A DNA stretch of 64,000 nt from Pseudomonadota bacterium (GTDB lineage Bacteria > Pseudomonadota > Gammaproteobacteria > Ga0077536). Each line of letters opens with the position of its first letter. Positions within the stretch are counted from its first letter, which is position 1. Position numbers and translations under genes: made by a program. Below the pieces are notes generated by a model. That model searched no databases and was not told the DNA's origin. It saw only the letters and a program-made list of their open reading frames with translations. Shown here piece after piece: positions 47,507 through 56,534 of the stretch. The DNA lies in the NCBI GenBank assembly GCA_018668255.1, contig JABISZ010000054.1, forward strand, positions 7,780-71,779, in the 5' to 3' direction.

Positions 47507-48265
47507 ATGGATGATGATTTACTGCTCCGTTATAGTCGGCAAATACTCCTGCCAGAAATTGATATTAATGGTCAGAGCCTTCTAGCAGAGTCGACAGTAG
47601 TGATTATAGGAATTGGCGGTCTGGGATCACCTATCTCTATGTATCTAGCCGCGGCAGGCGTGGGGAACTTAGTGCTTGTCGATCACGACGTGGTCGAACT
47701 ATCAAACTTACAGCGACAAATAGTGCATTCGACACAAGATCTAGGGAAAAATAAAGTCGTATCGGCTAAAGATAGACTCCTAGCTCTTAACCCTAACGTG
47801 AAAGTCAAAATTATTCCCAAAATGTTAGAGAAAACTGATTTCAATAAACTATTCTCTAGCGTAGATGCAGTAGTCGATGCGACCGATAACTTTGAGTCTA
47901 GATTTGAAATCAACAGGCAGTGTGTTAAACACAGTAAACCATTAATATCTGGCGCCGCAATTCGTTTCGAGGGACAGGTGACGGTTTTTCAGACAAGTAT
48001 CAATAGTCCTTGTTATCGATGTTTATATAATGATGACATCACTACCGCCGAAAACTGTATCGAGACTGGGGTAATCGCGCCTTTACTGGGAATTATAGGG
48101 AGTATACAAGCTCTAGAGACTTTAAAAGTGCTCACAAATACAGGAGTCTCTCTAGACGGTAGATTGCTATTGCTCGATGCTCTTGGAATGGAGTGGCAAA
48201 CAATGAAGTTTAAGAAGGATCCTAAATGTCCTGTATGTTCAACCAGAAGCCCATCAGCCACCTAA
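47507..48265 (+). CDS. moeB: MoeB/ThiF adenylyltransferase
   Basis: RYSRQ, GIGGLG, SNLQRQ, CYRC and CPVC zinc motifs. Confidence 0.92.
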   Translation: MDDDLLLRYSRQILLPEIDINGQSLLAESTVVIIGIGGLGSPISMYLAAAGVGNLVLVDHDVVELSNLQRQIVHSTQDLGKNKVVSAKDRLLALNPNVKVKIIPKMLEKTDFNKLFSSVDAVVDATDNFESRFEINRQCVKHSKPLISGAAIRFEGQVTVFQTSINSPCYRCLYNDDITTAENCIETGVIAPLLGIIGSIQALETLKVLTNTGVSLDGRLLLLDALGMEWQTMKFKKDPKCPVCSTRSPSAT

Positions 48266-48284
48266 CTGAATTACGCAATTAAAT

Positions 48285-49037
48285 ATGAATAAATTTAGTT
48301 TCTTAATCTGCGCAGTCATAATGACTCTTCCGCTGCAAAATTTATTTTCAGCAGATAGAGCCTATGTCATCGATAAGCTCCTAGTTGGCATCTATGAGAA
48401 AGAAGATCTAAATAGCACAATCGTAAAAATCATATCCACTGGGACTGAATTAGAAGTGATACAGAAAACAGATCAATTCGCACTAGTTGTTGACCCTACG
48501 GGCGCAAAGGGATGGATAGACAAATCCTACCTAATGGCTGAACCAACGTCAGAAATGATCTTAAACAAACTGATAAGGGAAAATACAAAAAATGTTACGT
48601 CGAATTCAAAAACGGTAGGCTCAGGAGAAACCTTAGCTGCGTTGAAAAAAAGTAATACCAAATTAAAAGCTAAGCTTGCAGGAGTGCTGCCTGAAGCAAA
48701 GAAATGTGAATCTAAGCTATCTATTCTAGAAAAAGAATCTACTCAAATGCGACAAGAGCTAAGCACAGAGTGTTCTAGTATTGGCTCTTCTGCCACGTGG
48801 ACTAAAAACGATTATATGGCGATTGAATCCGCACTAGAAAAAGCCAATATACAGATAAAGAAGCAGAACTTAATAAAAGATACAAAAATAAACTTACAGT
48901 TAGTTCTTATAGTTATTCAGCATTACTGGATATCATTAATGATCCTGGTAATGCTGATAACAGCAGCTGCTTTTGGCGCAGGGGCTTATATGTTTGACGT
49001 GATATCTCGCAAACGACATGGAGGCTATCGCCTTTAA
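48285..49037 (+). CDS. SH3-domain membrane-anchored protein (YgiM-like)
   Basis: Signal peptide, SH3b GTELEV...GWI, coiled region, C-terminal TM followed by RKRHGG. Confidence 0.75.
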   Translation: MNKFSFLICAVIMTLPLQNLFSADRAYVIDKLLVGIYEKEDLNSTIVKIISTGTELEVIQKTDQFALVVDPTGAKGWIDKSYLMAEPTSEMILNKLIRENTKNVTSNSKTVGSGETLAALKKSNTKLKAKLAGVLPEAKKCESKLSILEKESTQMRQELSTECSSIGSSATWTKNDYMAIESALEKANIQIKKQNLIKDTKINLQLVLIVIQHYWISLMILVMLITAAAFGAGAYMFDVISRKRHGGYRL

Positions 49038-49801
49038 TGAAAATTGCCACATGGAATGTGAACTCTATTCGGGCTCGTCTTGATCAAATCACAGATTGGC
49101 TCGCAATCAATAATATTGACATACTGGCCATTCAAGAAACCAAAGTACAAGACAAGGATTTTCCCTTAGATGCGTTCAACGAACTTGGCTACAATTGTTC
49201 ATTCTATGGTCAAAAATCGTATAATGGAGTTGCATTCTTGGCGAATTCAAACATCGAGCTGCTTGCGAACAACATCCCCTCCTTTGAAGATCCTCAATGC
49301 CGTGCTTTAGCGGTAAATATTGATGGCGTTACCCTAGTTAATTTGTATGTCCCTAATGGCTCAGAAGTAGGGTCGGAAAAGTACAGCTATAAAATCTCAT
49401 GGCTGAACGCTTTAAACGTCTGGCTATCAGGACTTTTAAAGTCTCACTCAAACGTAATAGTTCTCGGAGATTTCAATATAGCCCCAACAGATGATGACGT
49501 ACACGATCCTTCTGGATGGAAAGGAAAAATACTATGCAGTGACGAGGAACGCTCTCAACTAGAAGCCATTACTCGATTAGGCCTGAAAGACTCGTTTAGA
49601 AGCTTCCCCCAGGAGCCAGAAATTTTTTCTTGGTGGGATTACCGCGCGGGTGGCTTCCAACGAAACAGAGGGCTTAGGATAGATCTTATATTAAATAGCC
49701 AAAGCCTTGATGATAGGCTGGTAGCCTGTTCGATTGATCCCACCCCTCGCAGAAATACTAGACCCTCAGACCACGCCCCAGTTATTTTGGAAATAAAGTA
49801 A
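49037..49801 (+). CDS. xthA: Exodeoxyribonuclease III
   Basis: TWNVNS, QETK, YNGVA, GDFN, WWDYR, SDHAP. Confidence 0.96.
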   Translation: MKIATWNVNSIRARLDQITDWLAINNIDILAIQETKVQDKDFPLDAFNELGYNCSFYGQKSYNGVAFLANSNIELLANNIPSFEDPQCRALAVNIDGVTLVNLYVPNGSEVGSEKYSYKISWLNALNVWLSGLLKSHSNVIVLGDFNIAPTDDDVHDPSGWKGKILCSDEERSQLEAITRLGLKDSFRSFPQEPEIFSWWDYRAGGFQRNRGLRIDLILNSQSLDDRLVACSIDPTPRRNTRPSDHAPVILEIK

Positions 49802-49932
49802 ATATGCCCCTATATTTATATATCAGAGCGATTAGCTTCCTCAAAACCTATACGCTAATTTAAAGATAAGGTTGCAATCTAAGACATCCGAAACTAAACT
49901 CCCCGAACCAAGAATGTCTCGTTGAGAAAAAA

Positions 49933-50145
49933 ATGAAAGAAGCAATACACCCTAATTACCATACGATAAGCGTCACTTGCAGTTGTGGCAGCACTTTCGA
50001 AACGCAGTCGACCTACTCTGAAGAAAAATTACATCTAGACGTCTGCTCGTCATGTCACCCCTTTTACACTGGGCAACAGAAGATCGTCGACACTGCTGGC
50101 AGAGTCGACAAATTCAACAAGCGCTACGGGAAAGGTGCCAAATAA
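49933..50145 (+). CDS. rpmE: 50S ribosomal protein L31 (zinc-binding type)
   Basis: [25 protein letters not shown]. Confidence 0.97.
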   Translation: MKEAIHPNYHTISVTCSCGSTFETQSTYSEEKLHLDVCSSCHPFYTGQQKIVDTAGRVDKFNKRYGKGAK

Positions 50146-50150
50146 TAAGC

Positions 50151-50756
50151 TCAGCTAGGGTTATTCTCAGCGGAGCTAAACAACCATTCCTCTATCGTGC
50201 ACCAAGCACTCTCGATACCCTGATGCTTGGTAGCAGAAAATAACTGGGCTGAAATCACGTCAGAAGACTCAGAGATACGGCGGTTCACCTTACTTAAAAC
50301 ATTAAGGCCCTCTCCACGACTCACCTTGTCCGATTTGTTAATCAAAATCAACATCGAAACGTCACATGACGAACACCACTCTATCAGAACCTCTTCCTGA
50401 GGCTTTAAAGGGTGTCGTACATCCATTAACATGACCAGACCTGCCAAAGATTTTCTGGTCTCAAGATAGTCGGGCAGCTCCTGCTCCCAATGAGATCTCA
50501 AGCTTTTAGCGACCTTTGCATACCCAAAACCTGGAAGATCCATCAAGCGTCTCTGAGAATCGAGATTAAAAACCACTAGATGTTGAGTACGGCCTGGAGT
50601 TCTGCTAGTGCGCGCTAAATTTTTTTGCCCGCAGAGCACATTTAGTGCACTAGATTTACCACTATTCGACCGGCCGGCAAAAGCCACCTCGTAACCTTCA
50701 TCACTTGGGAGCAAACTGCATCTAGGCACGCTCATTTGGAACGATGCCTGTTGCAA
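50151..50756 (-). CDS. yihA: Ribosome biogenesis GTPase YihA/EngB
   Basis: GRSNSGKSS, TSRTPGRT, DLPGFG, NKSDK. Confidence 0.96.
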   Translation of the reverse strand: MQQASFQMSVPRCSLLPSDEGYEVAFAGRSNSGKSSALNVLCGQKNLARTSRTPGRTQHLVVFNLDSQRRLMDLPGFGYAKVAKSLRSHWEQELPDYLETRKSLAGLVMLMDVRHPLKPQEEVLIEWCSSCDVSMLILINKSDKVSRGEGLNVLSKVNRRISESSDVISAQLFSATKHQGIESAWCTIEEWLFSSAENNPS

Positions 50757-50903
50757 TAGGGCTCTAGTTTTTGAAAAGGCTTCTGTGTCTATGTGAGTAC
50801 TCTCTTTTTGAGTAAATTATAACATCTGATGCAAATATTATTTAGATCATCCGATGATCCAAGTATATAATAGGCGATACATAATCAACCGAGAGTTATT
50901 CGA

Positions 50904-51503
50904 ATGTATCAAAGGAAATTTTTCCTTCGCCTTTTAGTCATATTTTTATTTGCTACCACACAAAACGTGTACGCAGATGGAGCTGAAAAAGCTGCCGTTT
51001 GTGGAGCATGCCACGGCGCTGACGGGAATAGCTTAAATCCAGTTTGGCCAAGCCTTGCTGGCCAAGGGGTAGATTATACTGTCAAGCAACTAAAGGCTTT
51101 TAAGTCTGGAAAACGTCAAAATGGACTTATGTCCCCGATGGCAATGAGCTTAAGCAACGAGGATATGTTGGATATTGCCCTATATTATGAAAAACAGCCC
51201 CTCATAATTAAATCTGTGGCCGCAGACGAAATAGAAGACGCCGAAAAATTGTATCGAGGTGGGGACAAGGCTCGAGGTATACCAGCGTGTATGTCCTGTC
51301 ACGGACCAAATGGTGCTGGAAATCCTGCCGCCAAGTATCCTGCGATTCGCGGACAACATGCTGAATACACAGCGGATCAATTGCAACAGTATGCAAACAA
51401 GTCGCGCACCACTGATCAACAACAAATGATGAGAATGGTAGCAGAAAAACTTACTGAAAAAGAGATGCGTCAATTAGCGACTTATGTGTCCGCTCTCCGC
51501 TAG
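50904..51503 (+). CDS. Diheme cytochrome c4
   Basis: Signal peptide, CGACH and CMSCH; divergent from yihA and followed by dsbA. Confidence 0.95.
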   Translation: MYQRKFFLRLLVIFLFATTQNVYADGAEKAAVCGACHGADGNSLNPVWPSLAGQGVDYTVKQLKAFKSGKRQNGLMSPMAMSLSNEDMLDIALYYEKQPLIIKSVAADEIEDAEKLYRGGDKARGIPACMSCHGPNGAGNPAAKYPAIRGQHAEYTADQLQQYANKSRTTDQQQMMRMVAEKLTEKEMRQLATYVSALR

Positions 51504-51518
51504 GCGTGATTAAAAAAT

Positions 51519-52187
51519 ATGCGCTCTGAGAAAATGTTAATGACCACACGAGCTTTAGGCGCATTCCTGCTGGTGTTAGTCGTTGCATCAGCAATATCAG
51601 CCACCGACAAATTTGTTGCTGGCAAAGACTTTGAGCAAATTTCTCCTAGCGTAAAAACCCAAGCGACAAAGGGGAAGGTAGAAGTTATCGAGTTATTTTG
51701 GTACGGATGCTCCCACTGCTTTGCATTCGAGACCGAAATCTCAGTATGGGAAAAACAAAAATCAGGATTTATAGAATTTCGGCGAGTACCAGCAATCTTT
51801 GACAGAAAATGGGCTAGCCATGCGCGGGCTTACTATACCGCTGAAAAACTAGGACTTACGAAAATTGTGCACCCGAAACTGTTCGCGGCCTTGCACACAG
51901 AGAAGCAAACAATCTACACAGAAACCGAGCTCGCTGATTTCTTTGAAAGCATAGGTGTGGGGAAGGAAGATTTTACCGCTGCCTACACTTCTTTCGAAGT
52001 AGATACCCTTACTAGAAAAGCAATGGCGCTAACAAGAAGCTATGGCATCGGGGGCGTGCCTTCTATGATTGTTGCCGGAAAATTTCGCTCAAGCGTAAGA
52101 CATGCGGGATCTTCTAAAAACCTGCTAAATGTAGTCGACTTTCTAGCTCACCGAGAGCTAAAGATGGGCACCAATTTATCACCCTAG
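51519..52187 (+). CDS. dsbA: Thiol:disulfide interchange protein DsbA
   Basis: ELFWYGCSHC, GVP cis-Pro loop. Confidence 0.92.
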   Translation: MRSEKMLMTTRALGAFLLVLVVASAISATDKFVAGKDFEQISPSVKTQATKGKVEVIELFWYGCSHCFAFETEISVWEKQKSGFIEFRRVPAIFDRKWASHARAYYTAEKLGLTKIVHPKLFAALHTEKQTIYTETELADFFESIGVGKEDFTAAYTSFEVDTLTRKAMALTRSYGIGGVPSMIVAGKFRSSVRHAGSSKNLLNVVDFLAHRELKMGTNLSP

Positions 52188-52226
52188 CTAATGTGCGACA
52201 CTCCAGCTTCTAAACGAGACATCGCA

Positions 52227-52253
52227 GTGATAGAAAGTTCATCAAACTGTCAT
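52227..52253 (+). promoter_or_regulatory. Pho box upstream of pstS
   Basis: GTGAT, TTCAT and GTCAT half-sites at 11-bp spacing (52227, 52238, 52249); AGTTCATCAAACTGTCAT resembles the PhoB consensus. Confidence 0.7.
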
Positions 52254-52317
52254 GTAGCGAACGCATACTCGTTCTCCCTTTAACCCTTTTTATATTCCTG
52301 CTTGGAGGTTTTGTCTA

Positions 52318-53283
52318 ATGATTAAACGTCTTCTCTCCGTTATTGCAACTACACTAGTATTGTCTAGTTCACTCAGTGCGCTTGAAGTAGATTCTGGAAT
52401 ACAGAGTTATCAAAAAGAGCCTGGTATATCAGGGAATCTAAATAGCGTAGGTTCAGACACGCTGGCTAACCTTATGACTCTTTGGGCAGAAGGTTTCAGA
52501 ATATTCTACCCAAATGTTAATATTCAAATACAAGCTGCAGGCTCTTCTACTGCGCCTCCCGCACTGACTGAAGGCACGGCAAATACTGGTCCGATGAGCC
52601 GGAAAATGAAATCAAAGGAAATGGCAGCTTTCGAAACTAGACACGGCTACAAACCAACGGCTATACCTGTAGCAATCGACTCTCTTGCTATCTTCGTAAA
52701 CAAGGACAATCCTATTAAAGGGATGAGTATCATGCAGGCAGATGCTATCTTTTCTGCAACCAGAAGATGTGGTGCAGTAAGTGATATCAAAACTTGGGGT
52801 GAAGTCGGTTTAACTGGTGATTGGACAAACAGAAATATTCAGGTATATGGTCGTAACTCTGTCGCAGGCACCTATGGCTATTTCAAGAAGAAAGCTCTTT
52901 GCAAAGGCGACTTTAAAGATAGCGTAAACGAGCAACCCGGTTCTGCTTCTGTTGTTCAAGGGGTCACAAAATCTCTTAATGGAATCGGATACAGTGGCAT
53001 CGGTTACCGGACATCTGGAGTCAAAGCTATCGCTTTGTCGAAAAAAGGAACCAAGTACATCGAACCTACGTCCGATAACGCTATAGCAGGGATTTATCCT
53101 CTTGCACGCTTCTTATACGTATATGTAAATAAAGCCCCTAATAAACCTCTTCCTCCTCTTGAACGAGAATTCATGAAAATGGTACTTAGCAAAGAAGGGC
53201 AAGAAGTTGTTATAAAAGACGGCTACATTCCTTTACCTGAAGTTGTCGTCAGGAAGTACCTTGCAACTTCGCTAGCTAAATAA
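52318..53283 (+). CDS. pstS: Phosphate ABC transporter substrate-binding protein PstS
   Basis: [30 protein letters not shown]. Confidence 0.95.
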   Translation: MIKRLLSVIATTLVLSSSLSALEVDSGIQSYQKEPGISGNLNSVGSDTLANLMTLWAEGFRIFYPNVNIQIQAAGSSTAPPALTEGTANTGPMSRKMKSKEMAAFETRHGYKPTAIPVAIDSLAIFVNKDNPIKGMSIMQADAIFSATRRCGAVSDIKTWGEVGLTGDWTNRNIQVYGRNSVAGTYGYFKKKALCKGDFKDSVNEQPGSASVVQGVTKSLNGIGYSGIGYRTSGVKAIALSKKGTKYIEPTSDNAIAGIYPLARFLYVYVNKAPNKPLPPLEREFMKMVLSKEGQEVVIKDGYIPLPEVVVRKYLATSLAK

Positions 53284-53391
53284 AAAATAAGTCGTGTTTT
53301 CGGCATGGAGTAGTCGCAGCTTTTTTCATGAGCATTCCTCAAAATTATTAGCTACACTGCATTGGATTAACATTCCTGAACGCGAGTACCG

Positions 53392-54573
53392 ATGAATCTA
53401 AAGTATGATGTAGTCATAGTAGGCGCAGGAGCTGCGGGATCTATTTGTGCCAGCGAAGCTGGAGAGCGAGGACGTCGTGTAAGATTAATTGATCATTCAA
53501 AAAAATTTGGGGAAAAAATCAGAATTTCCGGTGGCGGACGTTGTAATTTCACCAATATTCACTGTGGACCCGAAAATTTTATTTCGTCAAACCCTCACTT
53601 CTGTAAATCAGCTCTAACGCAATTTGACTCAAAAAGCTTTACTGATATTTTAGATGCTGCCAAAATTCCTTATCACGAAAAACACTCTGGCCAATTATTT
53701 TGCGACAATAGCTCACGAGATATTCTAAATCTTCTGCTTCAAAAAATTACTGAAAACAAAGTAGATCTTTCACTAGGAGAATCGGTCACTAAAATCGACA
53801 AAACTAACGATGGATACCGCATATATACGGATATAGCCTCTTATTCATGTACCTCGCTAGTTATAGCAACTGGTGGACTTTCAATCCCAAAGATTGGCGC
53901 AACTAAGTTTGGTCATGAAATAGCCCTGCAATTTGGTCACTCTCTTGTCTCCACAAAACCTGGTTTGGTGCCGCTTACATTCGATACGGCATTATTGACG
54001 CATTGTGCAGATCTTTCAGGCATAGCTGTCGAAGCAATAGTCAGCTGCGAAGGACACTCTTTTTCCGGTGGTTTACTTTTCACGCATCGAGGACTCAGTG
54101 GGCCATCGGTTCTACAAGCATCTTCATACTGGCAGCCCAACAAACCTGTCACAATAAACCTAGCGCCACTAAGCGGTGACAGTCAGAAATTAAATTTATA
54201 CAACCTATCGAAGCCTAATAAATTGGTGAAAAATATCTTGGGCCAGTTAATTCCCCAAAGACTTGCGACGTCTATCTGTGCACAAATGAATTTAGATAAG
54301 AGATTAGGAGAAGCTACTGAAACTTTGATTGCATCGCTAGATGAAAGAGTGTGCGCTTGGACTGTTTGTCCTACAGGGACTGAAGGTTATCGCACTGCGG
54401 AAGTTACGGTAGGCGGTGTAGATACCTCTAATCTATCGTCGAAAACCATGGAGTCGTCGATACACCAAGGGCTTTACTTTATTGGAGAAGTAATCGATGT
54501 CACTGGTCATCTAGGCGGGCACAACTTTCAGTGGGCATGGTCTTCGGGTTGGGTAGCAGGAAAAAATGCCTGA
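53392..54573 (+). CDS. HI0933/YhiN/BaiN family flavoprotein
   Basis: GAGAAG, SGGGRCNFTN, ATGG, LFTHRGLSGP, GGHNFQWAW. Confidence 0.95.
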   Translation: MNLKYDVVIVGAGAAGSICASEAGERGRRVRLIDHSKKFGEKIRISGGGRCNFTNIHCGPENFISSNPHFCKSALTQFDSKSFTDILDAAKIPYHEKHSGQLFCDNSSRDILNLLLQKITENKVDLSLGESVTKIDKTNDGYRIYTDIASYSCTSLVIATGGLSIPKIGATKFGHEIALQFGHSLVSTKPGLVPLTFDTALLTHCADLSGIAVEAIVSCEGHSFSGGLLFTHRGLSGPSVLQASSYWQPNKPVTINLAPLSGDSQKLNLYNLSKPNKLVKNILGQLIPQRLATSICAQMNLDKRLGEATETLIASLDERVCAWTVCPTGTEGYRTAEVTVGGVDTSNLSSKTMESSIHQGLYFIGEVIDVTGHLGGHNFQWAWSSGWVAGKNA

Positions 54574-54889
54574 ACTGGCTAAGTGTTCAGAAACCATCTT
54601 AATCCTAACGGGATATCGATCGGATGCCCTATTGAATCGGAGTCTTTCTAGTCATCCCACGATTGAAGAGCTGTAACTTCATGAGCATGATATCTCACTG
54701 CATCGATAATAAATCCCCTAGGGGAAAGACAGAAAGCAGCACAAGCCTACCTTCATTAGGGCATGACATATTGCCTGTTAAAGCGTTCTTAATTCTAGCC
54801 ATAACAAAAATTTTATAAGGCCTATAGTCCTTGGAAATTTTTCGCTATAATACGGCTTGATCAATTAGCCAATCTTTTGAGAGTATCTA

Positions 54890-55408
54890 ATGAATAATAA
54901 TGAAGACGAAATATTCGTTCGCAATTTTTCTCTAGTTTTAGCAGGGCTTTTAGTAATTGGGTTGATAGCTTTTATATTAGCTAATGTGGTAACTGAAAAA
55001 TTTGCCGGTGCATCAGGCGACAGTGAAATCATCGCGGAGCGAATCGCTCCTGTGGGCGCTCCGAATACGAGTGAGGCCGCAATAGTTTTCGAAACTTCCA
55101 AAAACGCAAATGCAGGAGCGCCAAAAACTCCTAAAGAATCTATGGCAGAAGTAGAAGACGGAAAAGTAGTTTACGATAAAGTTTGCACTGTCTGTCATGC
55201 TCAAGGAATTGCAGGGGCACCAAAATTTGCCGATATATCTGCTTGGTCAAGCAGACTAGCGAAGGGGAAACAGGCTTTATATGCAAATGCTATCAACGGT
55301 TATATGGGCGATGCAGGATATATGCCGGCCAAAGGCGGTGACATGAAACTACACGATGACTCCGTTCGCGCCGCAGTAGACTATATGTTAACAAGCTTAG
55401 AAAACTAA
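54890..55408 (+). CDS. Membrane-anchored cytochrome c5
   Basis: N-terminal TM, RIAPVG, CTVCH, GAPKF, MPAKGG. Confidence 0.93.
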   Translation: MNNNEDEIFVRNFSLVLAGLLVIGLIAFILANVVTEKFAGASGDSEIIAERIAPVGAPNTSEAAIVFETSKNANAGAPKTPKESMAEVEDGKVVYDKVCTVCHAQGIAGAPKFADISAWSSRLAKGKQALYANAINGYMGDAGYMPAKGGDMKLHDDSVRAAVDYMLTSLEN

Positions 55409-56520
55409 TTATTAAGCTCTCGTAAAATTGACTGGTAAGACTCCTCTGTAGCTTTGTTAAAACTGGCACGGCGGGCTCTGAATTCTGTGTACGAATTTAG
55501 TACTTTCATGAACTTCTCATCCTTTTCCGCCTCTTCGCGTAGCACCTCCCTAGTCAGCTTTGCTAGATGCAGAGTAACTTCCTTCGGAAATTCGAGAACT
55601 TGAATATGGTCTTTGTTTTTTAGTGAGTTAAAAGCATCCATATTTCCCACTTCTGACAAGCCATACATGTAAAGGCTAGCTGATGCAGCTGCGGCTTCAA
55701 CGATTGTCTTTAAGTCTGCGGGCAAATCAGCCCACGCATTAGAATTTATGATTAGCTCCAGTTGAGTCCCGGGCTCATGCCAACCAGGGTAATAGTAATA
55801 TTTCGCAGCACGGTCAAGCCCAAATCTCAGATCATGAAGAGGCCCTACCCACTCGGTTGCATCTATCGTCCCTCTTTCTAAAGCCGTGTATATTTCCGCT
55901 GCGGATAAAAGGACCGGATTACCACCCGCTTTGGCTAAAACTTTTCCTCCCAACCCAGGAATTCTCATTTTAAGGCCTTTGAGATCCTCGATGGTGTTAA
56001 TTTCTTTGTTGAACCATCCGCCCATCTGTATGCCTGTATTCCCTAAAGGGAAAGGCACAATTCCAAAAGGCTCGTAAAGTTCTCGCCAAAGCCCAAGGCC
56101 TTCGCCACTATAAATCCAAGCCCATGCCCCATTTTGCATCATGCCAAAAGGTACTGTGCTTAAGAACTGAGCAGCAGGAACTTTCCCTGCCCAATAATAA
56201 GAAGCTCCGTGTCCCATCTCTACGGCCCCCTGAGATACTGCATCAAAAGTCTGTAAGGCAGGAACCAACTCACCCCCTGCGTAAACTTTGATTCTCAGAC
56301 GGCCACGACTCATTAACTCTACATCACGAGAAAATTTATGAACCGTATCTTGATTAATCGGCAAATTAGGAGGCCAGGCGGTTACCATCTTCCAATTGAA
56401 AACTCTATGGTCTTCTGCGTCCTCTGCAGCTGCGGTGTTCTCAGACTCCACTCCACATCCGCTCAGGACAAGAGCCAAAACAAAGCTCAGAGAAAATAGT
56501 ATTTTTTGCATCTTACCCAT
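55405..56520 (-). CDS. TRAP transporter substrate-binding lipoprotein (DctP/TakP-like)
   Basis: Lipobox LSGC, WKMVTAWP, YYWAGK, QMGGWF, KMRIPG, PGWHEP. Confidence 0.93.
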   Translation of the reverse strand: MGKMQKILFSLSFVLALVLSGCGVESENTAAAEDAEDHRVFNWKMVTAWPPNLPINQDTVHKFSRDVELMSRGRLRIKVYAGGELVPALQTFDAVSQGAVEMGHGASYYWAGKVPAAQFLSTVPFGMMQNGAWAWIYSGEGLGLWRELYEPFGIVPFPLGNTGIQMGGWFNKEINTIEDLKGLKMRIPGLGGKVLAKAGGNPVLLSAAEIYTALERGTIDATEWVGPLHDLRFGLDRAAKYYYYPGWHEPGTQLELIINSNAWADLPADLKTIVEAAAASASLYMYGLSEVGNMDAFNSLKNKDHIQVLEFPKEVTLHLAKLTREVLREEAEKDEKFMKVLNSYTEFRARRASFNKATEESYQSILRELNN

Positions 56521-56534
56521 AAACAGCACCTTTC

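Noticed and set aside
50757-50792. Possible non-canonical ATA start for yihA with an AAGAGAG RBS
   Set aside because: TTG at 50756 is an adequate start; cannot be decided without ribosome profiling or proteomics
54574-54889. 316-bp gap with small hairpins (GGGATATC-GATC-GGATGCCC, TCCCCTAGGGGA)
   Set aside because: Short isolated palindromes, no coherent multi-helix structure or credible ORF
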